The notes under the pieces are model-generated. The model searched no databases. It worked only from the letters and a program-made list of their open reading frames with translations, and was not told the DNA's origin. Source: an uncultured Oscillospiraceae bacterium (GTDB lineage: Bacteria; Bacillota; Clostridia; Oscillospirales; Oscillospiraceae). Taken from it: 49,628 nt of DNA. Numbering within the stretch: the first letter of the stretch is position 1; every line of letters begins with the position of its first letter. The translations under genes were made by a program, and so were the position numbers. This document shows positions 19,337 through 27,858 of this stretch, piece after piece. The stretch covers positions 1 through 49,628 of the forward strand of contig CALWWF010000147.1 in the NCBI GenBank assembly GCA_944385165.1, read 5' to 3'.

Positions 19337-19774
19337 ATGAATGCGGAAAACTATGTCACGTTGGAATTCCCCAGCCGCTCCGCCAACGAGGGCTTCGCCC
19401 GGACGGCGGCGGCCTGCTTCGCCGCCCAGCTGGACCCCACCCTGGAGGAAATCAACGACATCAAAACTGCCGTCAGCGAGGCGGTAACCAACGCCATCGT
19501 CCACGCCTACCCCGACCGCATCGGGAAAATCGTCATGAAGCTGCGCCGCAGGGAGAACCAGGTGCTGGAGATCGTGGTGCGGGACTGGGGGGTGGGCATT
19601 GCGGATGTGGAGCAGGCCCGAACCCCCCTCTTCACTACCGGAAGCGAGGAGCGCTCCGGCATGGGATTTACTATCATGGAGAGTTTTATGGATGTTCTGA
19701 AGGTGCGCTCCGCCCCAGGGAAGGGGACCACCGTCACCATGCGGCGGCAGATCTCCCGCCGGGTCTCTGGATGA
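19337..19774 (+). CDS. spoIIAB: Anti-sigma F factor / serine kinase
   Basis: IKTAVSEAVTNAIVHAY, ERSGMGFTIMESFMD, GKGTTV. Confidence 0.97.
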   Translation: MNAENYVTLEFPSRSANEGFARTAAACFAAQLDPTLEEINDIKTAVSEAVTNAIVHAYPDRIGKIVMKLRRRENQVLEIVVRDWGVGIADVEQARTPLFTTGSEERSGMGFTIMESFMDVLKVRSAPGKGTTVTMRRQISRRVSG

Positions 19775-20493
19775 ACGGGTCACCCTCCGCCCCGGAGCTG
19801 CTGGAGGCCGCCCGCAACGGGGACAACCAGGCCTGTGAGCAGGTGCTGGAGGAGAACAACGGCCTGATCTGGTCCATCGTGCGCCGGTATTATGGCCGGG
19901 GTGTGGAGCCGGAGGACCTGTATCAGCTGGGCTGTCTGGGGTTTTTAAAGGCGGTGCGGGGGTTCGACCCCGCCTACGGCACCCAGTTTTCCACCTATGC
20001 GGTCCCGAAAATCGCCGGGGAGATCCGCCGCTTTCTCCGGGACGACGGGGCGGTGAAGGTGAGCCGGGGACTGAAGGAGCGGGGCGTCTCCGTGCGGGGG
20101 GCCCGGGCCCGGCTGTGCAGCGAGCTGGGTCGGGAGCCAGTCCTGTCTGAATTGGCGGAGGCCACCGGCCTGACCCCGGAGGAGATCGCCGCAGCGGAGA
20201 CGGCCAGCGAGCCGGTGATCTCCCTCCAGGCGGAGACCGGCGAGGGGGGTCTGACCCTGGAGGGGATGCTCACCAGCGGCGGCATGGAGGAGGGGCTTGT
20301 GGAGCGGCTGTCCCTCCGTTCCGCCATGGAGGAGCTCCCGGAGCGGGAGCGGCAGGTGCTGCTGCTGCGGTACTATAAGGGGCTGACCCAGGCCCAGTCG
20401 GCCCGGGTGCTGGGGGTGTCCCAGGTGCAGGTCTCCCGCCTGGAGCGGCGGGCGGTGGACCGGCTGCGGCAGATCCTGGGGCCGCCGGACTGA
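19771..20493 (+). CDS. sigF: Sporulation sigma factor F
   Basis: EDLYQLGCLGFLKAV, FSTYAVPKIAGEIRRFLRDDG, GVSQVQVSRLE; ATGA overlap with spoIIAB. Confidence 0.94.
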   Translation: MNGSPSAPELLEAARNGDNQACEQVLEENNGLIWSIVRRYYGRGVEPEDLYQLGCLGFLKAVRGFDPAYGTQFSTYAVPKIAGEIRRFLRDDGAVKVSRGLKERGVSVRGARARLCSELGREPVLSELAEATGLTPEEIAAAETASEPVISLQAETGEGGLTLEGMLTSGGMEEGLVERLSLRSAMEELPERERQVLLLRYYKGLTQAQSARVLGVSQVQVSRLERRAVDRLRQILGPPD

Positions 20494-20543
20494 CAGAGGG
20501 CGGTTCCTCCAGCAGGGAGCGACGGCTTTGCTCTTTCTGAATC

Positions 20544-20580
20544 AAAAAGGCCGCCTCCCCTTGGCGGAGGGGAGGCGGCG
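20544..20580 (-). terminator. Minus-strand intrinsic terminator with no annotated gene directly upstream
   Basis: Minus strand reads gccgcctcccct-ccgcca-aggggaggcggc-cttttt. Confidence 0.75.
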
Positions 20581-20774
20581 GAAGCCGGGCGTGGAGGACG
20601 TCAATGCGGTCAGGAGAGAGGGGGACTGCATTGGAAAACACGCCGCGGATGAGAGCGGTGCATCTGGCGCAAAGGAAAGACTCTCCCAGACTCTCGCTCC
20701 CACAAAATTGCAATGGAACGGCTCCAGACGGAAATACGAAAGACACGCTTTCCCGGAGCCGCAGATGAACTTCT
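20544..20774 (-). ncRNA. Candidate small regulatory RNA (about 230 nt)
   Basis: Extended -10 TGtTATAAT at 20781-20789, own terminator, several stems and CU-rich loops, no convincing RBS plus ORF. Confidence 0.5.
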
Positions 20775-20780
20775 ATCCTC

Positions 20781-20845
20781 ATTATAACAGGGAGAAGGTT
20801 AAGCGAGCGTAAATGAATCCAACAGGTATGCTAAAGAAATGTTAA
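20781..20845 (-). promoter_or_regulatory. Extended -10 promoter with OmpR/PhoP-like direct repeats
   Basis: Minus strand TTAACA-5-TTAGCA ... TTTACG-5-TTAACC-10-TATAAT. Confidence 0.55.
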
Positions 20846-20857
20846 GGGTTGTAGGGC

Positions 20858-20910
20858 AAAAAGAGAAAACCGCAGGACAAGCCCAAATGGGCTCTTCCTG
20901 CGGCTTTTTT
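20858..20910 (-). terminator. Terminator after ribF
   Basis: ccgcagga..agccca/tgggct..tcctgcgg stem flanked by A and T tracts. Confidence 0.75.
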
Positions 20911-21826
20911 AACTTTTTGACTGGCCCAAATTCTGAAAGTATTCCCGAGTCTGCTGGGCGTTGCGGCGGATCTCGTCGGAGAGGGCCTGGAGGGAGGGAA
21001 ATTTCCGCTCCCCACGGATGCGGTGGTAAAACTCCATCCGCAGCTCCTGTCCGTACAAGTCCCCGTGGAAATCCAAGATGAACCCTTCCACGGTGACCCG
21101 GCCATCGTTGTCCTGGACTGTGGGGCGCACCCCCACATTGGTGACGGCCTCGTAGCTGTGCCCCGCCACCGAAACACGGGTGGTGTAGACGCCAAAGGCC
21201 GGGACGATGACCGGGGGAGGGACCTGGAGATTCACCGTGGGAAAACCCAGGGAGGAGCTGCCGATCTTCTTGCCATGGGTCACCCGGTTGGTGAGCACAT
21301 GGGGATGTCCCAGAAACTCCACCGCACGGTCCATCTCCCCCTGGGCGATGAGGGTGCGGATATAGGTGGAGGAGACGGTGATGTCCTCCACCTCCACCTT
21401 CCCGATGATGTCGCAGCCCACCCCCAGTCCGGCGCAGGTCTCCTGAAGGCGCTGGGGGGTGCCCTTGCCCATGTAGCCAAAGTGGAAGTCGTGCCCCGCC
21501 ACCACATGGACCACGCCCAACTCCTTGACCAGATACTCGGTGATAAAATCCTGCCAGTCCATGCGCATCATGCCGTCAAAGCTGGGGACGATGACCTCCT
21601 GGATGCCGTAGTAGGTGCGCATCAGCCACGCCCGCTCCTCCACCGAGCTGAGTAGGGGGACGGTCTGCCCAGTGATCACAGCGGTGGGACTGCGGTCAAA
21701 GGTGAAAGCGGAGGCGGTGGCCCCCAACTCCCGGGCTTTCTCCGTCACGGTCTTCAGCAGGGCCCCGTGGCCCCGGTGGACGCCGTCAAAAAAGCCCAGG
21801 GCGATCACGCGTTTTTTCTTGTTCAA
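20909..21826 (-). CDS. ribF: Bifunctional riboflavin kinase / FAD synthetase
   Basis: ALGFFDGVHRGH, VSSTYIR, LGFPTVN, NVGVRPTV, IRGERKF. Confidence 0.96.
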   Translation of the reverse strand: MNKKKRVIALGFFDGVHRGHGALLKTVTEKARELGATASAFTFDRSPTAVITGQTVPLLSSVEERAWLMRTYYGIQEVIVPSFDGMMRMDWQDFITEYLVKELGVVHVVAGHDFHFGYMGKGTPQRLQETCAGLGVGCDIIGKVEVEDITVSSTYIRTLIAQGEMDRAVEFLGHPHVLTNRVTHGKKIGSSSLGFPTVNLQVPPPVIVPAFGVYTTRVSVAGHSYEAVTNVGVRPTVQDNDGRVTVEGFILDFHGDLYGQELRMEFYHRIRGERKFPSLQALSDEIRRNAQQTREYFQNLGQSKS

Positions 21827-22725
21827 TGCTGCTCTCTCTCCTTTGCGGTCGGGGCGGATACCTCGAAAAAGCTTTTGATGGTGGTCAATTTTCCCTGTTC
21901 CATCCGGCTCAGGGCCAGAAAATCCCCGTCTGCTCCATAGACCCGGTACTCCCCGTCCGGCGTGCCGGGCAGAGGGAAAGCCATACCGTTGCGCACCTTT
22001 TTCTCCAGATTGAGGGGGAGGGTAAGGGCGGGATATTTGGCAAAGTAGGCGTCTACCGGTGTCAGAAGGGAGGCGGGGTCCGGACAGCTTAAAACCTCCT
22101 CCAGGGGGTGGGCCTGTTCCAGGGTAAATCCTGCAGCCATAGTCCGTCGCAGGGAGAACATGGTCCCGCCGCAGCCCAGAGCCTGCCCCAAATCATGGCA
22201 CAAGGTACGCACATAGGTTCCCTTGGAGCACCGCACCCGGAGCAGGAAGTCGGTTTCATTCACCTGTTCCTCCACGGTCAGGGAAAAGATGGTGATGGAC
22301 CTGGGGGGACGCGCCACCTCTTTGCCCTTCCGGGCCAGCTCGTAGAGCTTTTTCCCCTGGATCTTGATGGCGGAGTACATGGGGGGCACCTGCTGGATGG
22401 CCCCCCGGAAGGGCTCCAGCGCCCCCTCCAGCTGTTCCCGGGTGACGGAGACGGGATGAGTCTCCAGAACGGTCCCGGTAGTGTCCTGGGTGTCGGTGAC
22501 CTGCCCCAGGCGCAGGCCGGCCAGATACTCCTTTTCCCCCTCGCTGGCAAACTCCACCGCCCGGGTGGCCCGGCCTGCAAACACCGGGAGCACGCCGGTG
22601 GCCATGGGGTCCAGCGTTCCGGCGTGGCCGATGCGCCGCTCACCAAGGCAGCGGCGCAGCTTGGCGCACACATCCATACTGGTCCAGTCTTGGGGCTTGT
22701 CAATAATCAGAATCCCGCTAGGCAC
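21823..22725 (-). CDS. truB: tRNA pseudouridine(55) synthase
   Basis: GILIIDKP, GHAGTLDPMATGVL, PPMYSAIK, CSKGTYVRTL; GTG start at 22725 after AGGAGG. Confidence 0.96.
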   Translation of the reverse strand: MPSGILIIDKPQDWTSMDVCAKLRRCLGERRIGHAGTLDPMATGVLPVFAGRATRAVEFASEGEKEYLAGLRLGQVTDTQDTTGTVLETHPVSVTREQLEGALEPFRGAIQQVPPMYSAIKIQGKKLYELARKGKEVARPPRSITIFSLTVEEQVNETDFLLRVRCSKGTYVRTLCHDLGQALGCGGTMFSLRRTMAAGFTLEQAHPLEEVLSCPDPASLLTPVDAYFAKYPALTLPLNLEKKVRNGMAFPLPGTPDGEYRVYGADGDFLALSRMEQGKLTTIKSFFEVSAPTAKEREQH

Positions 22726-22891
22726 AGAAATACCTCCTTTTCTCGCGGCAAAGCCCAGCGCAGCGGGTTTGCCGCGAAGAGGAGGGGACGGCCGCAAGGA
22801 TAAGCGGAATCGCGTCAGCGGTTCCGCGTTCCAAAAGGCCGATCCCCGACGAGGTCCAGTCTTGGGGCTTGTCAATAATCAGAATCCCGCT
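22681..22891. repeat. Perfect 39-bp direct repeat (22681-22719 and 22853-22891) of the truB 5' coding sequence, flanking a hairpin-rich spacer
   Basis: ggtccagtcttggggcttgtcaataatcagaatcccgct present twice, 172 bp apart. Confidence 0.95.
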
Positions 22892-22912
22892 TGCCATAAA
22901 ACCTCCCGGAAG

Positions 22913-23872
22913 TCAGCCATTTCGGCCCTGGATGGTGCGGATGGCCTCCAGCAGAACCTGTTTGGTATAGAGAATGCTGCCGTCCACCGTGGCTCCTGCG
23001 GCAGCGGCGTGGCCGCCGCCTCCCAGCAGGGCGCACACGGCGCTGGCGTTCAGATTCTCCGGCTCGGTGCGCAGGGAGATCTTGCAGGAGCCGTCTTTCC
23101 GCTCCCGGATGGTGACGCCGGTTTTGACCCCCTCCACCTGGCCCACAAAGGCGGCGATGTCCTCCGCATCCCGCTCGTCTGCCTGGAGCTTCTGCATCAT
23201 ATCCAGGCTGACGGTGGCGATGCCAATCTCCCCGTTGTCGTGGAACTCCAGGGACTCGGTGAGCATACTCTCCAGCCGCAGGCGCTTGAAGCTCTTGGTG
23301 CGGAAGTGGCGCTTGTTCAGGGCGGCGGTGGGGATGCCGGTGTCCATCAGGGCGGCGGCCACCCGGTGGGTGGCGGCGGAGGTGTTCCCGTAGACGAAGC
23401 AGCCGCAGTCAGTGGACACGGCCACATAGAGGGGGAGGGCGATCTCCTGGGTGATGGGGGTGATGGCACGGAGAATGTCGTACATCAGCTCCCCACAGGC
23501 GGCCCGCCCGGCGTCCAGACAGGTGTTTTTGGCAAAAAACTCCTGGGAGGGGTGGTGGTCGATGGCCAGGTCTACCCGCTCCAGATAACGCTGTGCGTTG
23601 TCCGGAAACAGTCCCCGGGCGGCGATGTCCACGGACACCACGGTGTCCGGGCGGAAATCCTCCGGGGCCAGCAGGCCCTCCAGGTAGGGGGAGAAGAGGG
23701 AGGTGGTCTCCGGGTTGGGGAGCACGTGGGCGGTCTTTCCCAGGTCCCGCAGACCCCGGCACAGGGCGGCGGCGCAGCCCACCGTGTCCCCGTCGGGGCG
23801 CACATGGGTGAGGATCAGATAGCCGTCGTGGTTTTGGAGAAATTCCCCGGTCTGTTCCATGGTAACGTTCAT
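22913..23872 (-). CDS. nrnA: DHH/DHHA1 phosphoesterase (NanoRNase A-like)
   Basis: HVRPDGD, IDHH, STDCGCF, GGGGHAAAAG; typical position between rbfA and truB. Confidence 0.9.
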   Translation of the reverse strand: MNVTMEQTGEFLQNHDGYLILTHVRPDGDTVGCAAALCRGLRDLGKTAHVLPNPETTSLFSPYLEGLLAPEDFRPDTVVSVDIAARGLFPDNAQRYLERVDLAIDHHPSQEFFAKNTCLDAGRAACGELMYDILRAITPITQEIALPLYVAVSTDCGCFVYGNTSAATHRVAAALMDTGIPTAALNKRHFRTKSFKRLRLESMLTESLEFHDNGEIGIATVSLDMMQKLQADERDAEDIAAFVGQVEGVKTGVTIRERKDGSCKISLRTEPENLNASAVCALLGGGGHAAAAGATVDGSILYTKQVLLEAIRTIQGRNG

Positions 23873-24264
23873 TCTTCACTCTCCTCCTCATCCTCACCGT
23901 AGTGGTTGTCCGGATTCACCGGCTTGACCACCTCCGGGTCCCGGAGCATGGCCAGGATGTGGGCGCCGTGGTCGATGGAGTCGTCAGCCACGAAGGACAG
24001 CTCTGGGGTGTTGCGCAGGTTCAGGGTGCGGCCCAGCTCCCGGCGCAGGTAGCCTCCGGCGGATTTCAGGCCCTTGAGCACCTGGATCTCCTGGGACTTG
24101 TCCAGGACGCTGACGTAAATTTTTGCGTATTTCAAATCCGAGGTGGTGCTCACCGCGGTCACGGAGATCATCCCGGTGACCCGGGGGTCCTTTACCGTGG
24201 GGATCAGGGCGGACAGTTCCCGCTGGATCTCCTCGTTGATACGGCCGATGCGATTGCTTGCCAT
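23869..24264 (-). CDS. rbfA: Ribosome-binding factor A
   Basis: RINEEIQRELS, VKDPRV, DLKYAKIYVS, LRNTPELSF..DDS. Confidence 0.96.
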   Translation of the reverse strand: MASNRIGRINEEIQRELSALIPTVKDPRVTGMISVTAVSTTSDLKYAKIYVSVLDKSQEIQVLKGLKSAGGYLRRELGRTLNLRNTPELSFVADDSIDHGAHILAMLRDPEVVKPVNPDNHYGEDEEESEE

Positions 24265-24311
24265 AGTGAGTTCTCCTTTCCTTTGTGGTCAGAGGATCGG
24301 TTTTATGATAG

Positions 24312-24512
24312 GGGATTTCGCCGCCATCTCCGCGCTAAGAGCCGCCGCAAAGCGGCGGTTGCGCTCCGAAACGCGCCTGTGGGCGCAGTGCGGGCGGCGA
24401 GGTACTTTCCCAGCGATGGGAAAGTACCCAAAGGATCGCCGGGGGACGGCTCAGGATGGGCGCTTACGCGCCCATATTCGCCTTTCCCCCGGTCCCCCTT
24501 TACGGGGGACGC
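24312..24512 (+). repeat. Structured dispersed repeat, left module, copy 1
   Basis: Shares ggcggcgag..ctttcccagcgatgggaaag..ccaaaggatcgc.gggggacg and the ccccc.tttacggggg end with 47482-47612. Confidence 0.85.
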
Positions 24513-24673
24513 GTTCCTGAAAAGTTCAGTAAAATTTGCGGCGCGCAAAATCTGAGTGACACTCTAAATTCCCGCCGGGCCACTGGGCCCTGGGTATGCA
24601 AAAATTGCTGCTGGTGCGGTTCAACTTCTGCGTCTAAGCTCTTTCAGCCTACGCTTCCGGTGCGAATCCTGAC

Positions 24674-24748
24674 GGGAGCCCCAAGGGGCTCCCCTACGCA
24701 AACCGGAACCGCTCCGGTCACAGCGTAGGGGAGGGGCTTGCCCCTCCC
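24674..24748. repeat. Inverted pair of GTAG-type REP-like palindromes
   Basis: gggagcccc-aa-ggggctccc-CTAC (24674-24697) and GTAG-gggaggggc-tt-gcccctccc (24725-24748). Confidence 0.7.
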
Positions 24749-24763
24749 GCTGGCCTCAGAGAT

Positions 24764-25228
24764 TTATCGCCGGACAGTGATGCAGACGCTCCGTTCCTCT
24801 TGCCCAGGGTCCTCCAGGAAGGATAAGTCTTTGAGGGACAGTTGCTCCAAGGTGACTGTGCGGCGAATGGGAGTTTGGTTGGCCCTGGCATAGTCCTCCA
24901 CAAAGACCAGCTCCCCCTGTTCGTTGGGATACTCCCCCTCCCAAATGCCCCAAAGCTCTACGCTTTCTCCGTCCGCCAGATTTTCGCTGCAATAGTTTTT
25001 CAGAGCTTGGAGCACTAGGATGGAATTGGAGTCATAATTAAAAAAAGAATAGCAGGTCTTTTGCGTATCGCAGTGACATTTGAGCAGGTCGAAGCCGTGG
25101 GGCAGGATGAATAGCACAGCACAGATTTCATGGGATATACGGCCAGACCGGAGAGTGACCGGAGCTGTAGCCTGGTATCGAAGTTCCGGCAAGGGACGGT
25201 CTGCGGCCAATATAGTGAAGTAGCTCAT
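24764..25228 (-). CDS. Hypothetical protein (154 aa), visibly lower GC than neighbours
   Basis: ATG after AGAGGA; natural amino-acid composition; no family recognised. Confidence 0.65.
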   Translation of the reverse strand: MSYFTILAADRPLPELRYQATAPVTLRSGRISHEICAVLFILPHGFDLLKCHCDTQKTCYSFFNYDSNSILVLQALKNYCSENLADGESVELWGIWEGEYPNEQGELVFVEDYARANQTPIRRTVTLEQLSLKDLSFLEDPGQEERSVCITVRR

Positions 25229-25252
25229 CTTATTTCCTCTCTGGACGCTTTT

Positions 25253-25315
25253 AGAGGCGAAACGCAGTTTCGCAGAAAATTTCTTTGCCTACTTTCTTTT
25301 TCAAAGAAAGTAGGG
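25253..25315 (+). repeat. Structured dispersed repeat, right module, copy 1
   Basis: 63-nt match to 47811-47873 with two hairpins. Confidence 0.88.
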
Positions 25316-25380
25316 CGGGCGAAACCGCCCGCCCTGCTGTTGGGGTTATAGAAGATCAAAACCGGAGTCTGGCAGGAGAC

Positions 25381-25417
25381 ATTCTGCATTCCTGCATTCT
25401 GCCTTCTGCATTCAGCA
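25381..25417. repeat. Degenerate heptamer tandem repeat (ttctgca)n just 3' of the infB stop
   Basis: attctgcattcctgcattctgccttctgcattcagca. Confidence 0.75.
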
Positions 25418-27838
25418 TTACCGCTCCACTTCCTCCATGAGGTAAGCTTCCACGATGTCGCCTTCCTTAATGTCCTGGAACTTCTCAAACGTGATACCGC
25501 ATTCGTAGCCGGCGGCGACCTCTTTCACGCTGTCCTTGAAGCGCTGGAGGGAGGCGATGGCTCCGTCATAGATGACGATGTTGTCCCGGAGCAGGCGCAT
25601 CTGGGCGCCGCGCTGCATCTTGCCGTCCAGCACATAGCAGCCGGCTACCATGCCCACGCCGGTGATGCGGAACACGTTGCGCACCTCGGCCCGGCCCAGG
25701 TCCACTTCCTTGAACTTGGGGGCCAGCATGCCCTTCATAGCCGCCTCGATCTCGTTGATGGCGTCGTAGATGACCCGGTACATGCGCATGTCCACATGGT
25801 TGCGGGCGGCGGTATCCTTGGCATTGGCGTCGGGGCGGACATTGAAGCCCACGATGATGGCCCCGGAGGTGGTGGCCAGCATCACGTCGGACTCGTTGAT
25901 AGCGCCCACGGCGCAGTGGATGACCCGCACCCGGACCTCCTCGTTGGACAGCTTCTCCAGAGAGGACTTCACCGCTTCGGCGGAGCCTTGCACGTCGGCC
26001 TTGACGATGACGTTCAGGTTCTTCATCTCGCCGGCCTGGATCTGGCTGAACAGGTCCTCCAGCGTGACCTTGCCCACGCTGCTGTTCAGGGCGTTCTTCT
26101 GCTCGGACTTGCGCTGCTCGGCCAGCTCCCGGGCCATGCGCTCGTCGGCCACGGCGTGGAAGTCGTCGCCGGCCTCTGGCACCTCGCCCATGCCGATGAT
26201 CTCCACGGGGACGGAGGGGCCGGCCTCGGTGACCTTCTGGCCCTTGTCGTTGGTCATGGCGCGGACACGGCCCACGGCGGTGCCGGCGATGATCACGTCG
26301 CCCTGCTTCAAAGTGCCGTTCTGCACCAGCAGGGTGGCCACGGGGCCGCGGCCCTTGTCCAGCCGGGCCTCGATAACCGCGCCGTGGGCGGAGCGGTTGG
26401 GGTTGGCCTTCAGTTCCCGCATCTCAGCGGTGAGGACCACCATGTCCAGCAGATTGTCGATGCCCTCGCCGGTCTTGGCGGAGATGGGGCAGATGATGGT
26501 GTCTCCGCCCCACTCCTCGGGCACCAGACCGTACTCGGTGAGCTGCTGCTTGATGCGCTCGGGATTGGCAGTGGGTTTATCCATCTTGTTGATGGCCACG
26601 ATGATGGGAATCTCCGCAGCCTTGGCGTGGTTGATGGACTCAATGGTCTGGGGCATAATGCCGTCGTCGGCGGCCACCACCAGAATGGCAATGTCGGTGA
26701 CCATCGCGCCCCGGGCCCGCATGGCGGTAAAGGCCTCGTGGCCGGGGGTGTCCAGGAAGGTGACGGGCTTGCCGCCTACGTCCACCTGATAGGCGCCGAT
26801 GTGCTGGGTAATGCCGCCGGCCTCGCCGGAGACCACATTGGCGTGGCGGATATAGTCCAGCAGGGAGGTCTTGCCGTGGTCCACATGGCCCATGACCACC
26901 ACAACGGGAGCGCGGGGGACCAGGTCCTCCTCCTTGTCCTCGGTGGTGTCGATGAGTTTCTCCTCGATGGTGACCACGACCTCCTTCTCCACCTTGCAGC
27001 CCAGCTCCATGGCCACCAGGGCGGCGGTGTCATAGTCGATCACATCGCTGAGGGAGGCCATCACGCCCATTTTGATCAGGGTCTTGACCACCTCGGCGCC
27101 GGTCTTCTTCATCCGGGAGGCCAGCTCGCCCACAGAGATCTCGTCGGGGATCATCACCTTCACCGGGGCCTTCTTGGCGATCTCCAGCTGGAGGCGGCGC
27201 ATCTTCTCGGCCTCCTCCTGGCGGCGCTTGTTGCCGGAGCCCTGCTGCTTGCCCCGCTGACGCTGGGCGTTGCGGCCCTGGAACTTCTGCTTGCCGCCGC
27301 CCTGCTGCTGGCGCTCAGTGGTGAAGCTCTCCAGGCGCTCGTCGTACTTATCCAGGTTCACCGCCTGGCCGCCACGGGTGTCCACCACCTTTTTGGCGGG
27401 CGTGCGGGAGGCGGGCTTGGAAGGCGCAGCCGCCGCGGCCTGCTGGCCCTTCTGGGGGGCGGGCTGCTGGGCGGGAGCCTTGCCGCCGCCGTGCTGGCCC
27501 TGGCTGGGGCGCTGCTTGGCGGGCTGGCCGCCGCTGTTCCCGGCGGGTTTATTGCCGCCGCCCTGTCCGCCCTGCTTGACCGCGGGGGCGGCGGGCTGCT
27601 TGGCGGGGGCCGGCTCGTGGTACACGTCGGCATAGATAGACTCGATAGAGTCCACCTGATTGTGCTGGGTGAGGTATTCAAACACGATGGACAGCTCCTG
27701 GTCGGTCAGGGGCTGCATGTGATTCTTGGGGGGATGACCGTACTGGGTCAGAATGTCCATGATCTCCTTGGAAGGGATCTCTTTGGACCCCCGCTTAAAA
27801 TCCTTGGCAACCTTGTGAATGGGGTACTTTATCATCAT
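25418..27838 (-). CDS. infB: Translation initiation factor IF-2
   Basis: [37 protein letters not shown]; ATG at about 27838 after GAGGTG. Confidence 0.98.
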   Translation of the reverse strand: MMIKYPIHKVAKDFKRGSKEIPSKEIMDILTQYGHPPKNHMQPLTDQELSIVFEYLTQHNQVDSIESIYADVYHEPAPAKQPAAPAVKQGGQGGGNKPAGNSGGQPAKQRPSQGQHGGGKAPAQQPAPQKGQQAAAAAPSKPASRTPAKKVVDTRGGQAVNLDKYDERLESFTTERQQQGGGKQKFQGRNAQRQRGKQQGSGNKRRQEEAEKMRRLQLEIAKKAPVKVMIPDEISVGELASRMKKTGAEVVKTLIKMGVMASLSDVIDYDTAALVAMELGCKVEKEVVVTIEEKLIDTTEDKEEDLVPRAPVVVVMGHVDHGKTSLLDYIRHANVVSGEAGGITQHIGAYQVDVGGKPVTFLDTPGHEAFTAMRARGAMVTDIAILVVAADDGIMPQTIESINHAKAAEIPIIVAINKMDKPTANPERIKQQLTEYGLVPEEWGGDTIICPISAKTGEGIDNLLDMVVLTAEMRELKANPNRSAHGAVIEARLDKGRGPVATLLVQNGTLKQGDVIIAGTAVGRVRAMTNDKGQKVTEAGPSVPVEIIGMGEVPEAGDDFHAVADERMARELAEQRKSEQKNALNSSVGKVTLEDLFSQIQAGEMKNLNVIVKADVQGSAEAVKSSLEKLSNEEVRVRVIHCAVGAINESDVMLATTSGAIIVGFNVRPDANAKDTAARNHVDMRMYRVIYDAINEIEAAMKGMLAPKFKEVDLGRAEVRNVFRITGVGMVAGCYVLDGKMQRGAQMRLLRDNIVIYDGAIASLQRFKDSVKEVAAGYECGITFEKFQDIKEGDIVEAYLMEEVER

Positions 27839-27858
27839 ATGGGGAGCCACCTCGTTTC

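Noticed and set aside
20528-20812. 94-aa plus-strand ORF (and 20270-20782 on the minus strand)
   Set aside because: They run through a terminator hairpin, lack convincing starts and have atypical composition; the minus ORF starts inside the predicted -10 element
22726-22875. 50-aa N-terminal extension of TruB in the ORF track
   Set aside because: It is the in-frame reading of the inserted spacer; the conserved TruB start with RBS is at 22725
22681-22891. Direct repeat as a minimal CRISPR array
   Set aside because: Only two copies, a 133-bp spacer, the repeat is TruB coding sequence, and there are no cas genes
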